DNA of 64,000 bases from Octopus sinensis. Its lineage: Eukaryota. The stretch lies in the NCBI RefSeq assembly GCF_006345805.1, contig NC_043008.1:3596001-3660000 (forward strand). Reading direction: 5' to 3'. Shown piece by piece: positions 56,190 through 64,000 of this stretch. Position 1 is the stretch's first letter; each line of letters begins with the position of its first letter. The position numbers and the translations under genes are program-made. The notes beneath the pieces are model-generated. The model had not been told where the DNA came from. It did not search any database and worked only from the letters and a program-made list of their open reading frames with translations.

Positions 56190-56510
56190 ACTTTTAACTT
56201 TCATTTGTTTCAGTCAGTGAATTGCGGCCATGCTGGTGCACCGCCTTGAAGGATTTAGCCGAATAAATTTCCACAACACATTTTTTAAAATTCTGTTACA
56301 TATTCTACAGCACTCTTCCTCTGAATTGCTAAGTTATTGGGTGTAAACAAACCAACAACAGTTGTCAACCAGTACGGGATAGGCACACACACACCCACAC
56401 ATATGCGGTCTACCAAATTTACAGACAAGACATTGATCTACCCGGAACTATAAAAAAAAACACTTGCCCAAGGTGCCATGCAGTGATATCGAACTCCGAA
56501 ATCGCGTAGA
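56190..56510 (-). mobile_element. Degenerate tRNA-derived SINE, family B
   Basis: GCGGCCATGCTGGTGCACCGCC and CACTTGCCCAAGGTGCCATGCAGTG in reverse orientation. Confidence 0.8.
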
Positions 56511-57246
56511 CTGCATTAACAGAGTATTTTGGCATGTATGTGTGTATACGTGCAGATTTGTATATTTTGTTTTATATATGCATTCTCATGCATATAGCTG
56601 CATGTCTAGATATGCGAATATATTTACTTAAATGATAACCTTCTGGGAAATTTTACAAATTTTTATAGTCCCAGTGATGGCTTGAATCAGCAGTCTTCGA
56701 ACGTCTGTATGTATAAATATATGTATGTGTGTGCGTGTGTACATGAACGTTTTCATTTTAGATTTATTTACATTATTCGCAGATGTCAAGTTGTTTTGTA
56801 GCAAAAATGACAAGTCATTGTTGTTTGGGTCAAGCTAGTTCCGGGGATCTAGGAATACGTGAGTGAGTCAATGTGTGCATATATATATAGCTGGGTGAAT
56901 ATAAACTCACTCCAGTAATGGATGTGTAATGGTTTCTTTTGTGTACAAGAGTGTAATTACGTTTCTTGTAGGTTTAATATGTACATATTTACGGCAAATG
57001 ATACAAGTTGGCTTGTATTCATTTCGGAAAACTCAAACGAAGAAAATTTAAAATGTTTTATAAGTCCTCGTTGTACCTCTAATCAAATGCATGTGTGTAT
57101 ACATGAATGAGAAAAAAAAACAGCCTTGTACATGGACATGTATCCAATCATTTATATGCTAACATTATTCATATATATATGTACGTACGTGTGTGTATGT
57201 ATATACTCATATATATATACATACATGTATATATATATATATATAT

Positions 57247-57278
<32 letters not shown>

Positions 57279-57738
57279 ACGGACAATGCAAGTAAATTAT
57301 TGAGTGCAAACGGGTTTATATATAGGTCACTATACAACACTATGAATCTACAAGTCATGACTATATATGTGTATGTGCGTGTATGTGTGTACGTGTGTGT
57401 ATGTACTCACACACACACATATATAAATATGTATATACAATATACATGCAAATATATTTACATATATATGTGTATGTGTACGTTGTATGGATTTATATAC
57501 ACACGCTCACACAAATACTGAAACATATGTCGATGTGTACCTGCATTCAAAGGTACTCTAGCAGCATTCACAGGTACTCCACGACACTATAATACTCGAC
57601 ACTTAGTATAATACGGAGACACTTCCTTCCAGCTGAACCCAGAACTTAGACAGGTCAACGAAGAACCTTGTCTTACTTGAAAGATCTGAATTTGGAAAAG
57701 CGTCTGCTCAATGATCAGCGAAAGCCAAAATCTAGCTA

Positions 57739-57969
57739 GGCGCAAGTATGGCTGCGTAGCTAAGAACCTTACAGCCATATTTGTAGCTTAGTAATCACGC
57801 GGTTTCGGGTTCATTTCTATCGCGCAACAACTTAGGCAACTGTTTTCTACTAAATCCCCCGACCAACCAAATAGCTTGTGAACGAATTTAGTAGACGGAA
57901 ACTGAAAGATGCCCGTCGTGTGTGTGTATATATGTACATGTGTGTGTGTGTATGTGTGAGTGTGTGTGT

Positions 57970-58020
<51 letters not shown>

Positions 58021-58212
58021 CCCATCCATCACCGCTTGACAAGCGATGTTGGTTATTCTATGTCTCTGTAACTTAGCGGTTTGGGGAAAGAAACCGTCCG
58101 AATAAATACAAGACTATAAAATGTACTGCAGCCGATTTGTTCGACTAAAACCCCTTCAAGGCAGTGCCCTTGAATGGCAACAGTCCAATGACTGGAGCAA
58201 GTAAAAGATAAG
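57739..58212 (+). mobile_element. tRNA-derived SINE, family B
   Basis: GGCGCAAGTATGGCTGCG head, GTAGACGGAAACTGAAAG, TAACTTAGCGG and a GTAAAAGATAAG tail. Confidence 0.8.
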
Positions 58213-58680
58213 GGATAGTCCTGGTGTTCAAGCCGGGAACATTTTAGAAATTTTACTCTGTATAATGTCACTGAATTATTTCATGAGAAATGTCAACTTC
58301 AGAGAGAGAAAACAGCGGCTGTATTTATTAGGCAAAAACAATCTTCTGGATGCACTGCTAGAAGTATGCTGTTGTTATCAATGCGGCAGTGTTATGCAAT
58401 ATATAAAAAAAGAGAAGGAAACGTAGCAAAAGGTGTGGAATGCAAGTTGGTCCTCAGAGTAATAGGCGCAAACAAACATGCAAGCGATTGAACGATCGTG
58501 GTTGGATGCCAAAACATGCATTCTAAACAAATAGGAGAGAGTCGTTAGCAGCGCGCTGTTTGAATCACACCTTCACCTCTTTTCGCGGAAACTGCTAAGA
58601 AAGGACGCACATGTGATATTTGGGGCATTTCTATACGGCTTACAAAGACTCTCTCTCTTTCTCTCTTTCTCTCTCTCCTT

Positions 58681-58715
<35 letters not shown>

Positions 58716-58959
58716 GCTTTCTCGCTGTCGTCGCATGTATCATATACTTACATACGCAATAAATACATTCGCACACACACACATATATATATGAATGTAT
58801 ACACATGCACACACATATATATTAAGTACGCAAATGTATGTGTGGTGGTGGTGGTACATGCTTACCCCAGCCTTCTGCGTCGCTCCACAAGCTGTCCGTG
58901 TTCAATTTTTGTGAACGAGCTTTTGTATGTTGTGTCGGAAGGGATCGATAATTTTTACG

Positions 58960-59240
58960 ATGGCTGACAAATCGGGGCAAATAGCTCGCATCAAATTTTG
59001 CATGAAACTCGGTAGATCTTTTACAGAGACCCTCAAAATGCTTTTCTAGACTTTTAACAAACGTTATTTTGCTCGATCGCAGGGGTTTGAATGATGCGCT
59101 AGTTTTAAGCCCAGTTGAGAGTTTATTCTGTTTGGTGAACGCCCAAAGAGACAATTCCTTCTAAAATCACAGAAGATATGGAAATAACTTGTGAATTCAT
59201 CAATGAGGCCAGTCGCTAAGCAATCCATCAGCTCTATCAA
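58960..59240 (+). mobile_element. Mariner transposase N-terminal remnant
   Basis: MADKSGQIARIKFCMKLGRSFTETLKML..RSQGFE matches the mariner HTH (IKFCFKLGKTATETFEML). Confidence 0.75.
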
Positions 59241-59299
59241 CTAGCTAGAACCAGTCACAGATTTAATGTGAAGCTCATACAAAACTGACAAACTGTCGC

Positions 59300-59670
59300 T
59301 GTTTTCAATAGAGTGTCAAGAACCAAGAGTTAAATTTCACAGTAACGTGACCCCTGTTCAGATTTTCTGCGATGACCGCATGGCAGACTACATAACTAAT
59401 TCCACACCAGAGAGGTGATAGCTTGTTCTGCAACTGTCTTGTGAATGGTTGCAAGTTGTTTTCCATATCTTGTGAGTGAACAATCACTCTGATAAAATAT
59501 TTCACCCAAAATGCTCGTCATCTTGATCCGAGACTTGAACCGACTGACGCGAACAACTGAAAAAGTTGCTTTCGAGCAAAAGAATGTTCAGCCAAGACTT
59601 GACAAAGCATTTCAAAGATTGCAATAGGAGATTTTGCGAGCTTCGTACAAGCTTCCATGCTAATGGGTTA
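59300..59670 (-). mobile_element. Mariner transposase N-terminal remnant, opposite orientation
   Basis: KLAKSPIAIFEMLCQVLAEHSFAR and GISYVVCHAVIAENLNRGHVTVKF (GISYG.C..IL.E.L.MR...AKF). Confidence 0.75.
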
Positions 59671-59723
59671 CTCGAAACTGTCAACTATCATAAGATATGC
59701 TAAGCCGTTATACATACATATAC

Positions 59724-59761
<38 letters not shown>

Positions 59762-60299
59762 ATATATAATACATTTCATATATACATACAGGTGTGTGTG
59801 TGTGTTACATATGTATATGTTAATGAACGTCTTTATGTCGAGTTACAATAAAAACGATTTTGCATGAAATTGAAGGATTACTGGATACTTTTTGTGATTA
59901 TTATTCTTTAACAAGAATAGTGTTGTAATGGCTTCCCATAAAGCCGAAACTTTGAAGTCCCTGACAACACAATTCTTGTAACAGAATCATGTGTGTGCGC
60001 GCGTCTGATTGTGTATGCATAAAAATCCAAATTTTATGCGGAGTAGATACCGATTCTACTCCTACGCTTTGGATCTTTCATTCGCATCCTTAGCAGCGTT
60101 AGTTACTAACAGTGACTTGTTTGGAAACACTCAGCTTATCGAAATCGTAACTTATGATCTGAATAAATCATTTTATTCTAAACTGTCCACTTTTTGTTCT
60201 CTATGCTAGCCACCTATTGCTTGAAGCTCACTAATTTCCTACGCTTTAACCTATTGTATATAGCCAGCCAGCCAGCCAGACAGACAGACAGGCAGGCAC

Positions 60300-60325
60300 G
60301 TAGAGAGACAGACAGACAGAGAGAC

Positions 60326-60399
<74 letters not shown>

Positions 60400-60409
60400 A
60401 CAGACAGAC

Positions 60410-60508
<99 letters not shown>

Positions 60509-60522
60509 TAGATAGATAGACA
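60300..60522. repeat. (GATA)n/(GACA)n microsatellite
   Basis: Directly visible. Confidence 0.95.
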
Positions 60523-61254
60523 GAGGTGCTGTGCTGAGATAGGGTGACAAAACTATGGATAATACCAGAACGTTCGGAAATTAGCTGAAACTTAATCCCC
60601 CCACCCGTATATATATATTCCTATGTACTGTAAAGCTAGACTGCCTGGTGTTTGCAAACACTGAACCGTTTCAACCATGCACCAACACAAAATGAAAAAA
60701 ACAACAACAAATCTAAAACTGAATAAATACATCAATTGAATATAAATAGCTAAGAACTGGAGAGACTGGAAATTCAGTTTTTCATTCTGGGTCACGTTTT
60801 GCCTGCACCTAAATCTGTTGGGTTAGTTTACTTGAATTAATTTTCCTTTCTTCTTTATCTTTCTAATACTTGTCGACTCACTATTTCTTAACGCTGTTAA
60901 TAAAAAAAATATGTTCAAATCCGATTATGGATTATCTGAATATTGATAATTCTTTGTTTTTAGTCCATTATAATAGGTTATCCTGAATATGTTTTACTTG
61001 AATGATAACTGAAAGCTCTACTAATGAAGGGTTCTGCCTGATACCCTTAAACTTTTTGGTCATTAGTACAAACTGATTTATTCTGCTTTCTGAACATTTG
61101 TACTTAATATTTTACTTAGGCACTACCATATTACTAACTGCTACGACGGCAACAGACGACAACAACAACAACAACTACTACTACTACTGCTGCTACTACT
61201 ACTACTACTACTACTAATAATAATAATAATAATAATAATAATCTTTTCTACTAA

Positions 61255-61425
61255 AAGCACAAGACCTGACATTTTGTGCGAGGGGTAAGTCGATTACATC
61301 GACCCCAGTGTTCAACAGGTATTTATTTTATCGACACCGAAAGGATAAAGGGCAAAGTCGACCTCGGCAAAATTTTATCTCAGGACCTACAGATGAACGA
61401 AATGCCGCCAAGCATTTTGTCCGGC
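61255..61425 (-). mobile_element. tRNA-derived SINE, family A
   Basis: GTAAGTCGATTACATCGACCCCAGTG..GGCAAAGTCGACCTCGGC in reverse. Confidence 0.8.
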
Positions 61426-62179
61426 GTACTAAGAATTATAACAGTTTTTATCATCCATTCTACTCTAGCTCAAGGTCTGAAATTTTAGGGTTAGTCGAAT
61501 ACATTGTCCCCAGGATTTATTTTATCGAACCTGGTATGATGAAAGGCAAAATGGCCTAAAAGAAATACCTCTTTGCATTTTAACCGATGCATCAACAATT
61601 CTACCAATCACAATAATACCTCTGCCCGACTAACTCTGCTTCAATAAACTATTAAGTTTTCTTACGCATATCTGTGTTATATCTTACCCCATCTCGTCGT
61701 CCATATTGTTTCTCATCTTTGAATTCATTGACCTCAACATGAACATGTTTCGTACATAAAGATAAATGAGTCTAGAGGAATCGTGTGGCTTTTAGGGACC
61801 TCTACTTATTTCTTCATCCATGATGTGAACAAGTTGAAAGATAGACCTTAACCTGGATTGTCTGCCCTTCTTTCACAATTGATATTTCCCATATTGTTCT
61901 GTTAGTTCCAACACTTAAATTGCATGAATGAGATATTGTAAAAAAAAGAGTCTGCCTGAAAATGCAATAGATTTGAATTCAAAACCGCTGTACATGTAGT
62001 TTAATCCAGACACGCTGTGACTGTCTCGTTCTAGAATTGCCCTTATTACATAAATTAACATGAGATCATACGAGAGGTCGCTTAGCTTTCAGAAATTCGC
62101 TGCCAAACCTCTCAAATTATATCCTATTGCATTCAGTAAGAAAAAGTCATATCAGATAATTAGTCCAACTCATCCTTAA

Positions 62180-62401
62180 CCCATTAAGTCCCAGAGTACT
62201 TAAATTTCTGAATATAACTTTTAAATTTTTACAGTTGATTGAAAATAGGTTAAAATGGGAAAAAAATATTAAAACTCTTTTACTTCAAGTAGAAATGGAT
62301 ATATTTGGTGTCCTTTAAATAGGACACTGAGACAATGTGATTATAGCTTATTTAATGTTCTCATTTAGTGTCCTATTTATAGGACAGCGGGACTTAATGG
62401 G
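62180..62401. mobile_element. 222-bp piggyBac-like MITE (13-bp perfect TIRs, TTAA target duplication)
   Basis: TTAA|CCCATTAAGTCCC ... GGGACTTAATGGG|TTAA, with two internal GTGTCCT..AGGACA palindromes. Confidence 0.9.
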
Positions 62402-62550
62402 TTAAACAAAAAGAGATGGTCACTGCTGGAACATCTATGTTCATATGTATGCCATATTAGAATTGACCAGCAACAATTTCGTGTTGCCCACAACTTAGGG
62501 TGTCAGTATGACCTTCAATCTCTATCAATTACTCGCCAACAGCAGAAACA

Positions 62551-62907
62551 GTGGAGGCGTAATGGCCCAATGATTAGGGCAGCGGACTCGCGGTCGGAGG
62601 ATCGCGGTTTCGATTCCGAGGCCGGGCGTTGTGTGTGTTTATTGAGGGAAAACACCTAAAGCTCCACGATGCTCCGACAGGGGGGAGGGGCACCCCTGTT
62701 GTACTCTTTCGCTCCAACTTTCACTCTTTCTTCCTGTTTCTTGTCCCCGACTTCCTACGCAACCGCTGAGCCTAGATGCGCATTCATCCATCCGTCGATG
62801 CTCTCGGTGTCGGGGGTTGACCTGCTTTCTCTTCTGCGGGTCTTACGAATAGCAAAGGACCACTTTTCGGACTTCTCCCACTGCGGACAAGACCGTTCGC
62901 TCAACAG
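62551..62907 (+). mobile_element. Full-length tRNA-derived SINE, family C, with 14-bp TSD
   Basis: A box TGGCCCAATGATTAG, B box GGTTTCGATTCC; CAACAGCAGAAACA at 62537-62550 and 62908-62921. Confidence 0.9.
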
Positions 62908-63739
62908 CAACAGCAGAAACAACTTCCTGACTCACATTATAGTCGCTAACTTATAAACCTTGAACTGAGAATATTAACTATTTCTATTAAACATCAAATA
63001 TTTCAAGTAATTTAACTATTTCTGGGAAGTTTTACTTGTTATTTCCAGAAATTTTAAATATAATTTCTTCCATCGTTTTGGCGCAGACTCTCACATCTCT
63101 GTGGACAGGTTAAAGCTGATAGAACTTTGGCATATTTGCTTTACTTATTATACCTATGAACACGATAAAGAAAACTGAATTATAGAAGCTTCTAGATATT
63201 TATCGCTTATACATAATACACACACACACACACCACACACACACACACACACACATCTACGCACGCGCGCACATATTAGTGTATACACACACGCACACAT
63301 ACACATATATACATTATTCAGTTGTTCACTAGAATTATAATACCAAGCTAACTTAAAGAATTCAAAGCTACAACAGCAGAATAAATATGAAATTGTTTAT
63401 AAAAGTCGGATGTTACAAACGCCATAATGAACTTTTACTAAGAGTGCAACTCTCTACATTTCTCGCATTCGATTTTAAAATCTAACACATTCATACTCGC
63501 ATAGGCGTCAGCGTATCAGTGAGTGTGCATGTATATTTGTGTATATATGAGTGTATATATTTGTGTGTGCGTGAAATTATATAAATATGAGTGTATGTTT
63601 TTATATATACATACATCATGCGTGCACACGTGCATACATACATACACGCATGCTTACGTACGTACATATATATACGTACATACATTTAATTTTTGTGGTC
63701 AAAACGAGAAAAGTATACAATAGATGTATTAGTATATTT

Positions 63740-64000
63740 ATTGGTCTAAATTCGGTGTTTCACCAACTTCATACTCGGAGTTCCACGATGATGTGCATAT
63801 TCAGATGGTGAATTGAACTGTTGCTGGTTCCTTGCTCTCCTTCATTTGTTGAGGTTCGGTGCGAGGCTCCACTGCTGTCAGCTGACAGACAACAACGAAG
63901 CTCACCAGAATCCCTCCTCAACAGTTAAACCGTTCGTCATTGGAACTTTTACAAGCCTTTTGACGTGGGACTGCAATGGCTCGAAATTTTCTCCTTTCTC
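63740..64000 (+). mobile_element. Decayed CR1/L2-like LINE 3' end
   Basis: Frameshifted PSFVEVRCEA, RHWNF and SLFDVGLQWLE resemble P.VPVRVTRGA..RLWN.LP.SVFDGVGLAGFK. Confidence 0.45.

Noticed and set aside
62553-62630. Apparent tRNA gene (A and B boxes)
   Set aside because: No proper acceptor stem or pol III terminator; it continues into a SINE body bounded by a TSD, so it is a SINE head.
63775-63881. Minus-strand exon candidate (ADSSGASHRTSTNEGEQG...) with AG/GT ends
   Set aside because: The + strand carries frameshifted CR1/L2 C-terminal motifs, and the acceptor is half of a palindrome (CTGTCAGCTGACAG), so a LINE relic is the simpler explanation.

Overview
AT-rich eukaryotic genomic DNA, almost entirely intronic or intergenic. 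It is dense in microsatellites and carries several families of tRNA-headed SINEs plus decayed Tc1/mariner, pogo/Tigger, hAT, Helitron-like, piggyBac-like MITE and LINE (RTE, CR1/L2-like) remnants. This repeat landscape fits an octopus (coleoid cephalopod) genome, which is an inference from repeat style, not a database hit. There is no prokaryotic-type system, CRISPR array, rRNA or intact transposase, and most long ORFs in the track are microsatellite artefacts. Host-gene signal is sparse. There is a good + strand first coding exon (41410-41518: Kozak ATG, signal-peptide-like segment, GTGAGC donor) behind a ~1 kb polypurine tract, and a good internal + exon (17720-17857) with weaker phase-compatible partners. 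The most interesting observations are: (1) a near-canonical minimal type I hammerhead ribozyme motif on + at 55002-55046, with a decayed relative on - at ~34700; (2) an apparently identical 683-bp tandem duplication carrying a candidate exon; (3) a ~540-bp non-autonomous RTE-like element sitting in a (CATA)n array; (4) a 222-bp TTAA MITE nested in another repeat; (5) a SINE-derived 3-copy minisatellite; (6) a cryptic ~300-bp inverted repeat that looks like a microsatellite; (7) inverted SINE and mariner pairs that could form dsRNA.
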